Shown here: piece after piece, positions 1-9,556 of the stretch
Layout of the letters: every line of letters starts with the position of its first letter
Position numbering within the stretch: position 1 is the first letter of the stretch
From: Promethearchaeota archaeon
Lineage (GTDB): Archaea; Asgardarchaeota; Lokiarchaeia; Sigyniarchaeales; SOKP01
DNA: 32,179 bases
Assembly (NCBI GenBank): GCA_016930515.1
Contig: JAFGGO010000066.1
Coordinates: forward strand, 1 to 32,179
Direction of reading: 5' to 3'
Translations under genes and position numbers: made by a program
Notes under the pieces: generated by a model
Seen by the model: only the letters and a program-made list of their open reading frames with translations
Database searches by the model: none
What the model was told of the DNA's origin: nothing

Positions 1-513
1 AATATCGCCTTCGTTTATAGTTGTTGCATTGGCGTAAAAGTCTGCTTCGGGAAGGATATTGACATGAGCTTCAAGCACCGTGACGTAGAAGAGCTTGACT
101 TCCTCGTCCCAGTCGCCATTGGCGTCAGTGACATTTAGCTTTACGGTATAAATCCCTGCTATTGCGTATGTGTGTGAGGTCGTGGGAGTCGTAGTCGTTA
201 ATTCGGGCGTTCCATCGCCAAAATTCCACGAGTACAACGGAGGCGTATTGCCTTCGGTTCCATTGAAGGTGAATTGAACAATATCGCCTTCGTTTATAGT
301 TGTTGCATTGGCGTAAAAGTCTGCTTCGGGAAAGATATCGACATGTGCTTCAAGCACCGTGATGTAGAAGAGCTTGACTTCCTCGTCCCAGTCGCCATTG
401 GCATCGCTGACATTTAGTGTTACGGTATAAATTCCCGCTATTGTATATGAGTGTGAGGTTGTAAGAGTCGTAGTCGTTAATTCAGGTGTTCCATCGCCAA
501 AGTTCCAAGAATA
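1..513 (-). repeat. Tandem 279-bp (93-aa) PKD-domain repeats
   Basis: aatatcgccttcgtttatagttgttgcattggcgtaaaagtctgcttcggg starts at both 1 and 280. The units stay highly similar for about 230 nt, with many third-position changes. Confidence 0.95.
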
Positions 514-3500
514 ATTCAATTGACCTATCCCACTTGATCCCGTATAAGTAAATTGAACCCATTCACCTTCAATCAAGCTGGTTATATTAACCGTAAAATC
601 TGCATTTAAGGGAATACCTATTATTATGGGATATTTATCTTGAGCTCCCGTGTTTCCATATATGTTATATGGCGTGTCTCCTATGCCAAAAGGTTCAATT
701 TCGTCCACACCAGTATAATCGCTCCAATAATTTCCAACCGATCCGTTGTCCCATTGATTATCTCCACTATCATCTCGAGCATTCATACCGTTTTCAATAA
801 TGCTATTTTGAGATATCGTACTATCTTCGCAGAAAAATAGATATATTCCATAATCAATATTCTTGATAACTTGATTTTTTAAAACATTGTTATCATCGTT
901 AAATTCAAGATATATTCCACGATAATTATAGCTGGCGATGTTTCCCAAAATCGTGTTATTATCGCAATAGGTGTATAAATAAATACCATAATCACCATTG
1001 GAACTTACTGTATTGTTTATAATATTGTTGTTTTGACATTCGTTTAATAAATATATTCCATATTCCGAATTAAAACAAACAATATTGTTCAAGAAAGTGT
1101 TATCATAACAACTCCTGTATAAATAGATTCCCCGTGAATTATTACCCATGTAATTGTTTGAGATAATATTATGAGAACTGGATTGTAAATAAATGGCATA
1201 ATAGGTATTTGTCATGTTTTGTTGAGAGATTACACAATACGAGCTATTGATTAAAATAACTTGTCCTGCGTTGTCGAAATTACTCTCATTTAATCCTATT
1301 TCGTTAACATAATAATATAGCTTCTTACCATTTATTAGATTGGAAGTATCAATAGAGTGGGTCTTTAAATCATCAATTTCTCCCGAGACTAAGAGACCGC
1401 CCCCAATAATCGAGTTATCGTGTAAAATTGATTGCCTACAGGAATATAAACGCACACCAATTTTGTTGTTATTCATCACATTTCCAGTTATATTATTATT
1501 ATAACAACCTCTATATATTTCAATCCCGTAATTAGTATTATAACTAAGAGTGTTTTCTGAGATAGTGTTATTGTTGCTCTCTTGGCATAGAAAAATCCCT
1601 CTATTGCTAATGTTACTTATTTCATTAGCTGCGATTATGTTTTTGTTGCTACTACAATCCAAAGAGATACCTATAGAACCGTTTATTACCGTATTTCCAG
1701 AAATTGAATTTTTACAAGCAGTGTATGTGTAGAATCCGTAAGTATTTCCAATGGCCATATTTCCTGAAATTATATTATCATCAGCCTCAATCAAGTAAAA
1801 ACCATATTCGTTTTCAATAGCCGTGTTTCCAGAAACTGTATTATTATTGCGATGTGATATTTGTATCCCGTAAGAATTATTTCTCGCAATATTTCCAAGA
1901 ATGGAGCTATTATAAGTAGAGAGAGTCAATCCCCAATAACTATTGTTAATCTTATTTCCCCAGACAATGTTGTTATGGCCGTGAATTGATATTCCGCGCT
2001 CGTTATTACAAGCAATATTTGCTGCAATTATCGAATTATCGTAAATATTGCTTAGATCCAATCCATATAAATTGTTATGAATATGATTTTCCGAAACGAC
2101 AATATGTCTAGCGTTATCTATTCGAAGTCCATACCAGTCGTTAAAACTAATGTTATTACCTGAAATGGTGAAGTTTTCGCCTCCCTTTTGTAAATAGATC
2201 CCGAAGTGATTATTAGTAATTTCATTATCGAAAATCGAATTATTAACGCTGTAATAGAGTTGATATACACTGTAGTAATTTTTATTTATTGTATTATCAG
2301 AAATAACATTATATTCACAGTTTTCGTGCAGATAAATTCCTTCATAATTATCTTCAAGACGGTTTCCCGAGATAATATTGTGAGAACTCGAGTACATATA
2401 AATTGCGGCAGAAGTATTTGTTATATTTTGGTCAGAGAGAACGGAATTGGAACAATTTATCATGATGATTTGACCCGCGTTTGTAAAATTATTCGATCCT
2501 AATCCAATTTCGTTCACGTAATAATATGCGGGTTTCCCATTTATTTTATTTGTAGTATTTATTTCGTGAGTTGCTAAATCAACAATTGAACCGTATACAA
2601 AAAATCCGTCTCCATTTATTTCGTTTTCAAAAACTAACGGGTCTTGACAATATCTCAAATTTATTCCACAGTTATTTAAAGAGTTTTTTTTAACAGTCGC
2701 ATTAACACAAGATGACAAATCTATATCGCCATGAACACTTAAGGTGTTATCTGAAACGATAGTACGGCTGCAATCACATATTCTCATTGTATAGAAAATG
2801 CTATTGTTTAATTCGTTTCCTGAAATTAAATTATCGGTGCTCGACCACGAATATATTCCATAATTACTGCCTTTTATCGTGTTTCCAATAAGCATATTAT
2901 TATCACTCGCAACAATATTTATACCGTATTCTTGGTTGTCGTTAACCTCGTTATCAATAACATTATTATTCGTGAAACCAGTCAATTTAATACCACGAGT
3001 ATTATAACTTACATCGTTGTTTGAGATTGTATTGTTGTAACCATTAATATAAATTCCATCTTCATCGTTGAACTCGGCCGTATTTCCAGAGATAATGTTA
3101 TTATCACAATTGTATTGGTATATCCCATAAGAATTGTTATTAGCAGTATTGGACAAAAGTACATTATCATCACAATTATAATAAATAAAAAATCCATATG
3201 AATTATTGAGAACAATGTTTTCAGCGATTTCGTTATTATTACAACCTTGATCAAGGTAGATACCGCGGTCATTTTTATCTACCGTATTTGCTGTGATGAC
3301 ATTGCCGTCACAATTCGTTTCCAAGGATATTCCTATATAGGAATTGTTGTTTGCAACATTATCATTGATTAAATTGTTCATTGAGTCTTGATGCAAGGTT
3401 ATTCCTGAACCACCATTGTATGAACAATTGTTATTAATTATTTGTCCATTTGAAACCACGGTAAGCTTGATACCAGCGTAAAAGAATCCCTTTCCTGAGT

Positions 3501-3906
3501 TATATAAAGTGCAATTTCTCACGATGAAATGAGCACTTGAATACTTAATTTCAATACAACTTGTAAGACTGCCTCCATTAATCGTTACATTTTCGATAAT
3601 GTATGGGTTCCCTTCCGAACCATCACCTTTAGTACACCAAGCTTGAGTTCGTGCCCAAGCCCAGTTATTTGAACCCATATCGTTTATCACAATAGGATCT
3701 GTTAAAACCCAATAGTCGGAAGTTACAGTTTCTTCGACGATTCTCGTACTAGGATGATCGGAGCCAGAAAGAGAAGTTCTTAAAAAAAGACAAGACATTA
3801 CAAAGACTAAGAACGCAAAAAATAACAATTCAAGCTTTCTATTTCTTCTAATCCATCGCAATCGTGTTGAATTCCTTAATTCTAAATAGTTTTGTTTCTT
3901 CATCAT
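1..3906 (-). CDS. Large exported right-handed beta-helix (NosD/CASH) protein with C-terminal PKD repeats; partial, runs off window start (>1300 aa)
   Basis: Absent from the ORF track, consistent with no stop in the window; frame spot-checked at several points. Hand translation from ATG 3906: MMKKQNYLEL..LELLFFAFLVFVMSCLFL (TM/signal), WCTKGDGSEGNPYIIENVTI, many N-rich GIxL..NNxI..N turns, and PKD motifs YSWNFGDG..HTY..AGIYTVKLNVTD near 1-600 in the same frame. Confidence 0.9.
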   Translation of the reverse strand, partial: MMKKQNYLELRNSTRLRWIRRNRKLELLFFAFLVFVMSCLFLRTSLSGSDHPSTRIVEETVTSDYWVLTDPIVINDMGSNNWAWARTQAWCTKGDGSEGNPYIIENVTINGGSLTSCIEIKYSSAHFIVRNCTLYNSGKGFFYAGIKLTVVSNGQIINNNCSYNGGSGITLHQDSMNNLINDNVANNNSYIGISLETNCDGNVITANTVDKNDRGIYLDQGCNNNEIAENIVLNNSYGFFIYYNCDDNVLLSNTANNNSYGIYQYNCDNNIISGNTAEFNDEDGIYINGYNNTISNNDVSYNTRGIKLTGFTNNNVIDNEVNDNQEYGINIVASDNNMLIGNTIKGSNYGIYSWSSTDNLISGNELNNSIFYTMRICDCSRTIVSDNTLSVHGDIDLSSCVNATVKKNSLNNCGINLRYCQDPLVFENEINGDGFFVYGSIVDLATHEINTTNKINGKPAYYYVNEIGLGSNNFTNAGQIIMINCSNSVLSDQNITNTSAAIYMYSSSHNIISGNRLEDNYEGIYLHENCEYNVISDNTINKNYYSVYQLYYSVNNSIFDNEITNNHFGIYLQKGGENFTISGNNISFNDWYGLRIDNARHIVVSENHIHNNLYGLDLSNIYDNSIIAANIACNNERGISIHGHNNIVWGNKINNSYWGLTLSTYNSSILGNIARNNSYGIQISHRNNNTVSGNTAIENEYGFYLIEADDNIISGNMAIGNTYGFYTYTACKNSISGNTVINGSIGISLDCSSNKNIIAANEISNISNRGIFLCQESNNNTISENTLSYNTNYGIEIYRGCYNNNITGNVMNNNKIGVRLYSCRQSILHDNSIIGGGLLVSGEIDDLKTHSIDTSNLINGKKLYYYVNEIGLNESNFDNAGQVILINSSYCVISQQNMTNTYYAIYLQSSSHNIISNNYMGNNSRGIYLYRSCYDNTFLNNIVCFNSEYGIYLLNECQNNNIINNTVSSNGDYGIYLYTYCDNNTILGNIASYNYRGIYLEFNDDNNVLKNQVIKNIDYGIYLFFCEDSTISQNSIIENGMNARDDSGDNQWDNGSVGNYWSDYTGVDEIEPFGIGDTPYNIYGNTGAQDKYPIIIGIPLNADFTVNITSLIEGEWVQFTYTGSSGIGQLNYSWNFGDGTPELTTTTLTTSHSYTIAGIYTVTLNVSDANGDWDEEVKLFYITVLEAHVDIFPEADFYANATTINEGDIVQFTFNGTEGNTPPLYSWNFGDGTPELTTTTPTTSHTYAIAGIYTVKLNVTDANGDWDEEVKLFYVTVLEAHVNILPEADFYANATTINEGDI

Positions 3907-4450
3907 TTTATCACATATTCCATATTTTTAACTTATTTTTCTCAATTAATTCAGTTAAAATATTGATTTTCAATTTTTTTTAGATCGTAAAAAATCGATT
4001 GTTATTTCATACCACATTCAAGAGGGTATTTAAAAGGATCTAGAACTATTTTGAAATTTTGATATCTCAAAATTAATTGGATGCAAGAAATTCCTTTCCA
4101 AATTCTAATCTTAGGCACAGAATCTTTTCAGCTTATTATTTGGTTGATTAGAAGGGCTTTTGTTCATATATCTTTGAGTAAGTTTAGTACTTTCTTTAAA
4201 TCGAATATAAATGAATCCATGAAGATAACCTGCTAATTAATTTTTTATTGTTTCATGGAAGGAGTATCGAAACTTGGAAGTTATTCATAGAAAATTTTTA
4301 AAAAAGATCTGATTTGTAAAAATTCTAATTATTTGAGATTAAAAAAAACTCCATTTAACTTATTTTATAGAAATTCTTAAAAATCCTTAATCTTATTATT
4401 ATTTCACCTACTAGTAACTAACATATCAAATACATACGGATTGCTTTGAC

Positions 4451-5014
4451 ATGACAGACGAGGAAATCGTGTTTGAAGGACGAACCGAAGTTATTTATAA
4501 AATAATCGTGATTGGAGACCCTGCCGTGGGAAAAACCTCCTTGTTGGACAAGTATTCTTCGAAGAAATTCAAGTCGCAATACATCCCAACGGTTGGCACG
4601 AATATCGTAAAAGAGATCGTTGAGATAGAGGAGAACGGAAAAATAATAATGGTAAACTTGATGATCTGGGACATCGCAGGACAACCCCAATTTTACATGC
4701 TCCATCGACCATATTTTAACGGTGCCGATGGCATGATGCTCGTGTTTGACATCACCAGGAGCAGTACTTTCTCAAACGTGCAAAATTGGTTTAACACTGC
4801 CGTGAAATACGGACTGAGCGCGATTCCGCGAGTAATTATTGGAAATAAAATCGATTTAAAAGACGAAAGAAAGATCATCAAGCCCATGGCGGATCATTTG
4901 GCCGACAAGCTTAATTGTAATTACTACGAGACTTCTGCTAAAACCGGCGATGGCGTAAAGACTATCTTTAAAAACATTGCCGAAATCGTGAGGAAGGCAA
5001 AAACGAAATCTTAA
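4451..5014 (+). CDS. Rab-like small GTPase (Asgard type)
   Basis: G1 GDPAVGKT, G2 YIPTVG, G3 WDIAGQ, G4 NKID, G5 SAK; no C-terminal Cys prenylation motif. Confidence 0.93.
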   Translation: MTDEEIVFEGRTEVIYKIIVIGDPAVGKTSLLDKYSSKKFKSQYIPTVGTNIVKEIVEIEENGKIIMVNLMIWDIAGQPQFYMLHRPYFNGADGMMLVFDITRSSTFSNVQNWFNTAVKYGLSAIPRVIIGNKIDLKDERKIIKPMADHLADKLNCNYYETSAKTGDGVKTIFKNIAEIVRKAKTKS

Positions 5015-5031
5015 TGTTCTTTCTACTTTAC

Positions 5032-5583
5032 TTATAAGCTCTTTTTTAAACCAATTGCCCTTTTAACGGAAAATCTAGAATTTTTTTGAATTTCACGAGA
5101 TATAAAATAAATCTCTTTTAACACAAACTTAAGAGGATTCCAATCCCTGTCAAGAAGATGAAGAACCGCTTTAAGTTCTTGCTTGCCAACAACCTGCCCC
5201 ACGCTAAGATGGGGCGTAAAACCTCCTTCGTGCTTGTTCAAATCGTCGCAATCGGGTATTAAATTTATCAATTTAGATTGAAGCTCTTTTATTAAAGATA
5301 TCGGTTCGGGCTCCAACCAAACGGTAAAATTATTATTTCGATGCTTAAAAAATTTAAAGCGCGATAAATTCACTTCAAATTCTTCTATCTCTTTACAAAG
5401 ATTGCTAACAAGCGTTTCGAGGTTGTTGAATTCACTTTCGGGGTAGAATGGATATATTAAATTCACATGAGGCATCCACCTGTTAAAGTGCCGATCCCGT
5501 ACTCTTCGAATTTCTTGAATTGGAGGCCAAACATCCATAGGAGGTATGATAACCAGCGCCGTGGTGTGAGTTTTATTTTTCAA
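5032..5583 (-). CDS. 2H phosphoesterase (2'-5' RNA ligase superfamily, LENG9/AKAP7-like)
   Basis: Two 2H motifs, PHVNL and PHLSVG. The track start at 5673 overlaps the divergent gene, so TTG at 5583 is more plausible. Confidence 0.85.
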   Translation of the reverse strand: MKNKTHTTALVIIPPMDVWPPIQEIRRVRDRHFNRWMPHVNLIYPFYPESEFNNLETLVSNLCKEIEEFEVNLSRFKFFKHRNNNFTVWLEPEPISLIKELQSKLINLIPDCDDLNKHEGGFTPHLSVGQVVGKQELKAVLHLLDRDWNPLKFVLKEIYFISREIQKNSRFSVKRAIGLKKSL

Positions 5584-5629
5584 GCTAATTAAATAAAGGT
5601 TTTTATGTTTTTTTTGTTTACGGATACTT

Positions 5630-6136
5630 ATGAACATTAAACAAAGGCATTTTATCAAAAGCACGGAGATCAAGGAATTAAAAGAAGAGGTGTTGAAACA
5701 ATACGACGAGCGTTTTGTTGCGGGAATTTTCCCGAGTAAATCCCGAATTGAAGTAATCTACACGGAAGCGGGCGATAAACTGTATTCTGTTAACGGAGAA
5801 TTGCGATTATGGCAATTAGAAAATCAATACATACCTGTACTATCGTATTTATTAAAAAGCAGCTTCAATATGAAGACAATCGTCGTGGATATGGGAGCAA
5901 TCAGGTTCGTGACTAACGGTGCGGACATCATGAGACCAGGATTGCGCAAGATAGACGAAACCATTAAAAAAGGAGATATTGTCAGAATCTCGGACGAAAA
6001 ACACGATAAGACTTTAGCCGTGGGAAAAAGCTTGTTTGATGCAGGGGAAATGGAGGCGCTTGAAAAAGGTAAAGTCGTGAAGAACCTTCACACCATAAAG
6101 GATTCGGTTTGGGAATTTGCAAAGGAATTCAAGTAA
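5630..6136 (+). CDS. DUF1947 + PUA domain RNA-binding protein (MCT-1/Tma20-like)
   Basis: VVDMGAIRFVTNGADIMRPG..IKKGDIV..LAVG PUA signature; KVVKNLH C-terminus. Confidence 0.9.
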   Translation: MNIKQRHFIKSTEIKELKEEVLKQYDERFVAGIFPSKSRIEVIYTEAGDKLYSVNGELRLWQLENQYIPVLSYLLKSSFNMKTIVVDMGAIRFVTNGADIMRPGLRKIDETIKKGDIVRISDEKHDKTLAVGKSLFDAGEMEALEKGKVVKNLHTIKDSVWEFAKEFK

Positions 6137-6239
6137 ATTCTTCCTTTAAAATTGATTGCAAAATATTTTTTTCGGATTCGTCCAATTCTTCGACTTCCTT
6201 ACTTTGCTTGTCGTAATAATCCAAATTTTTCTCGCTCAT
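6129..6239 (-). CDS. 36-aa small protein, paralog of the C-terminus of the upstream ORF
   Basis: MSEKNLDYYDKQSKEVEELDESEKNILQSILKEEFT*; TATA-like TTATATAAAA 21 nt upstream; aligns without gaps to the neighbour's C-terminus. Confidence 0.55.
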   Translation of the reverse strand: MSEKNLDYYDKQSKEVEELDESEKNILQSILKEEFT

Positions 6240-6333
6240 GATTCCCAAAATAAGCTCAGCTTTTATATAATAAAGGTAATAAAGCGCATTTAAATTTAAT
6301 TCTTTTCAAAAGAAGGCTTCAATCAAAGAGTAT

Positions 6334-6627
6334 TTACAGAAATTCAGATTTTAATATCAATGCAAGTTCGTCCTTTTCCTCCGAATCTAACTCCTTCGAA
6401 GACTTTCCCTCGTTTTGGAAATTATCAAGATTCTCGTCGTGATATAAACAAGACACGATCGTGAGAGCGTTTTGAAAAAAAACATCGCTTTTAATATCTT
6501 TTGCGACTTCTATGAGCTTTAAAATCGAATCGTTTACGAAAAGTTCCTTAATTGTCTCGTCGCCAACCTTTTTAATTTTCGAATAATTACTGAACACGCT
6601 TGAATAGTATTCGAGTTCTGAAGTCGT
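6334..6627 (-). CDS. Hypothetical acidic helical protein (track start GTG 6597; proposed ACG start 6627)
   Basis: Open frame; SD-like GGGGAGAGGT lies 6 nt before the in-frame ACG. Confidence 0.7.
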   Translation of the reverse strand, partial: TTSELEYYSSVFSNYSKIKKVGDETIKELFVNDSILKLIEVAKDIKSDVFFQNALTIVSCLYHDENLDNFQNEGKSSKELDSEEKDELALILKSEFL

Positions 6628-7289
6628 TTTTAAACCTCTCCCCTTAACTCTATTTATTAATCAAATTTTGAGCGAACTAAACAGATAGATATAATTGTAT
6701 TAACTATTTAATAGATCGCAAAAAACCTCCCAAGTTGTGTCATCAGCACGAACAATATCTAATGGACATTTTTGTGGAAATTAAAGATACGACTTCTTAC
6801 TTGATCGAGGTATAGGAAAACGCGTTATTAAATTTTAATAGATTTTTGAGTATCTATAACTTAAATTTAATCAAGGAAAAATTTTGAAAAGAAATTCGTT
6901 TTAATCTATTTTAGGTTATTACAATCGAAACATTGGGTTTCAATTAGACCATCTCTATCTGAATTCCACTCTATTTTTAGGTATTTATGAAACTTGCAGT
7001 GGAAATCTTCCCCAAGTAAAATTCCTGTACCACGAGAGATATTTTTTTTTACTTTTTCATTTAAATACGATTTATATCATCTATTAATAGTGATAAGGCA
7101 AGTAATGCAAAATCAAAACGAATAATTATTAATTGCGAGTATTACACCGGTATATCCTGAATGATACTCGAATTCAATAACGATTTTCTACTTGTATTAC
7201 TTGGATGGTACTTGGATGACTAGGATAATAATCGTCTTGGTCATATCCAGATAACTCACTTAAAACGATAAAATGGGTGTTTGAAAATA

Positions 7290-7598
7290 ATGAGCATGTA
7301 TAGAAGTTATTTGTTAAAAAACGATTTTTGGGCAAAGAAAGGAAACGAGAAAGATTTAAACAGTCCAGAAAAAGTATACATCAAGCATAACGAGGCCGTA
7401 GGCGGGATTTGGGCCGTTATTCAAAACAAGAGCGAGCGAAAGGGAGTCAAGCTCATCGTCGAAGGGCAAGAGCACTTCTTCAACAACTTCGACAAGTTGG
7501 ACGAATTTTTAAATCGATTAGAGCAAAGGCAACAAGATTTCATGAAGATCATTCGCAGGCGAAACATGAGCCAAAGGCTTCGAATGCTTGACATCTAA
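7290..7598 (+). CDS. Hypothetical protein
   Basis: About 100-aa ORF with GGGTG upstream of ATG 7290, followed by a T-tract; no family recognised. Confidence 0.7.
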   Translation: MSMYRSYLLKNDFWAKKGNEKDLNSPEKVYIKHNEAVGGIWAVIQNKSERKGVKLIVEGQEHFFNNFDKLDEFLNRLEQRQQDFMKIIRRRNMSQRLRMLDI

Positions 7599-7669
7599 CC
7601 AAATTTATTTTTTCCCTTACTATTATAATTATTTCAATAGTGATAAACAAGAATTTCTTTCAATTATTT

Positions 7670-8488
7670 CTAAAGTGTTAAGATTAATCTTTCGATATCT
7701 AACAATTTACTTCCAATTTTTATAAATAAAAGGCATAAAGCACCAATAATTAAAGATATGAATAAAATCGTCAAAGGAGATAAAAACGCAGGATTTATCA
7801 TTTGTACGATAAAAATTGCCAATAACGGAATGACAAGCGAACCACTAACACTTTGAGCGTTTTTAACAGTTTTAGCTCTTGAGCTGATTATCACGGTGAT
7901 TTGAATGAATAAAAAGCCCAATAGAGGCGCTAATATAAAAGCTATCAATAAATCCGTGATGTCGGTAAAAATCAAGATGTTTCCGTCTAAATGAGGTAAT
8001 AAAATCATATTAACCGATAAACCCATTATAAAGAAACTAATTACGCTAATGGAAACTGAGGGCACGATAGCCGCTAATATCTTTCCAACAATGAGTTCAG
8101 TTTTTGTGATGGGTAATAACGCCATCGTCTCCATGGTTTTTCGTTCTTTTTCCCCTGCAAAAGAATCGGTAGCAATAAAACTCGATGTAAAACCAGGAAT
8201 GAACAAAAAAAAGGGAATGATCATCATTTTTATCATTAGCGTGGCTGCAATTAAATAAATGTTATAATTCGATGGGATGTTCAGAGAAAAGAGGATAATA
8301 TTTATTCCAGGAAAGTCGGTAAGGAAGGAAACGGGATCGGCTAAAATGGCAATCATCATAATGACGGGGAGTGCGATTGTGAAAATCAAAGGCAACACGA
8401 CGATTGCTGCGATTATTTCTTTATTGTTAATCGTTCCATTCCAATCTTTTTTCATTATTCTTATAGAATTCCGCAAGTTCATTTTCAT
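7670..8488 (-). CDS. ABC-2 type transporter permease
   Basis: About 6 TM; DSFAGEKERKTMETMALLPI..ELIVGKI signature; 4-nt overlap with the ATPase gene. Confidence 0.92.
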   Translation of the reverse strand: MKMNLRNSIRIMKKDWNGTINNKEIIAAIVVLPLIFTIALPVIMMIAILADPVSFLTDFPGINIILFSLNIPSNYNIYLIAATLMIKMMIIPFFLFIPGFTSSFIATDSFAGEKERKTMETMALLPITKTELIVGKILAAIVPSVSISVISFFIMGLSVNMILLPHLDGNILIFTDITDLLIAFILAPLLGFLFIQITVIISSRAKTVKNAQSVSGSLVIPLLAIFIVQMINPAFLSPLTILFISLIIGALCLLFIKIGSKLLDIERLILTL

Positions 8489-9471
8489 TTATCTCCTTGA
8501 TTTTTTTCGTCGTTTTTCATAAGTTTCATGTAAATGTCTTCGAGTGACTGAATCTTTCTCTTGATTTCTAGTATTTTAGCACCGTGTTTTACCAATTGTT
8601 CCACGACTATAGGTGTTGTTTCGTCAATATCGTTTAAGAACAGGTGTATCTCGTTACCCTCGATTCTAAATTGCTTCACATGCTCTAATTGCTTCAAGCT
8701 TTGTTCAATCCCTTCAGAAATAACATTTTTTAAAGTACACACGACTTCTTGAGATTTGAACAAGTCCTTCCTGAGTTCGTTTGGAGTGCCAATTCGCTTT
8801 ATCTTTCCCAGATCTAATATCGCCACTCGATCGCAAATTTTTTGTACCTCATCTAAATTATGGGAATTTATGAAAAGTGTTCGATTTTTGTGTTTTAAAC
8901 CCAATATGAGCTCTCTTACTTTTACTGAAGCCACGGGGTCGAGGCCAGAAGTCGGTTCGTCAAAAAAAACAAATTGAGGATCGTGAAGGATGGCTCGAGC
9001 GATCGCAAGACGTTGCTTTTGACCCTTCGACAACTTTCCTGCTTTCATATGTTTTCTTTCTCCAAGACCAATCTCATCTAGCACTTCGTCTATTCTTTTT
9101 TCAAGGTAGCCATCATCAATTCCGTAGAAGCTTCCAAAAAACTTGAGGTTATTATAAACTGTTAAATGCTCGTAGCTACCGTGATTCTCCGTTAGGAATC
9201 CCATTTTTTTTCGAGCCTCGTGCTGTTTAGGTCCTATTTCTTTCCCATTTATCCAAATTACTCCCTTTGTAGGTTGCAACACACCCGCTATGCACCTAAT
9301 TGTTGTAGTTTTTCCCGCACCATTCGGTCCAAGCAATCCAAAAATTTCCCCCTCATTAACCGAAAACGAAACACCATCTAATGCCCAGATTTCCTTTTCT
9401 CTCGGGTCTATTTTTTTTTGCTTGTTGTAAAAAACCTTCGAAAGGTTTTCAAGCTCGATAGATACATTCAT
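8485..9471 (-). CDS. ABC transporter ATP-binding protein (DrrA/NatA-like)
   Basis: Walker A GPNGAGKT, signature LSKGQ, Walker B FFDEPTSGLD, H-loop SH. Confidence 0.95.
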   Translation of the reverse strand: MNVSIELENLSKVFYNKQKKIDPREKEIWALDGVSFSVNEGEIFGLLGPNGAGKTTTIRCIAGVLQPTKGVIWINGKEIGPKQHEARKKMGFLTENHGSYEHLTVYNNLKFFGSFYGIDDGYLEKRIDEVLDEIGLGERKHMKAGKLSKGQKQRLAIARAILHDPQFVFFDEPTSGLDPVASVKVRELILGLKHKNRTLFINSHNLDEVQKICDRVAILDLGKIKRIGTPNELRKDLFKSQEVVCTLKNVISEGIEQSLKQLEHVKQFRIEGNEIHLFLNDIDETTPIVVEQLVKHGAKILEIKRKIQSLEDIYMKLMKNDEKNQGDK

Positions 9472-9556
9472 CGTATGAGTGACTTAGGGATTTTATTCAT
9501 ATAAAATTATTTAAACTGAAGGTTCTAAAGCGTGAATTTCGTAAAGATAAAAAAAG

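Noticed and set aside
1-513. 279-bp near-identical repeats as a DGR template/variable repeat or CRISPR
   Set aside because: Differences are not adenine-specific, both copies are in-frame PKD domains, and no reverse transcriptase or spacer structure is present.
640-3272. Short track ORFs 640-840, 1550-1732, 2206-2502 and 3009-3272
   Set aside because: Shadow frames of the large minus-strand beta-helix gene.
7213-7252. Hairpin beginning ATGA as a possible SECIS element
   Set aside because: ATGA pairs canonically with TCAT (no GA/GA quartet), it lies 5' of a gene, and I saw no neighbouring ORF with a readthrough-like UGA.
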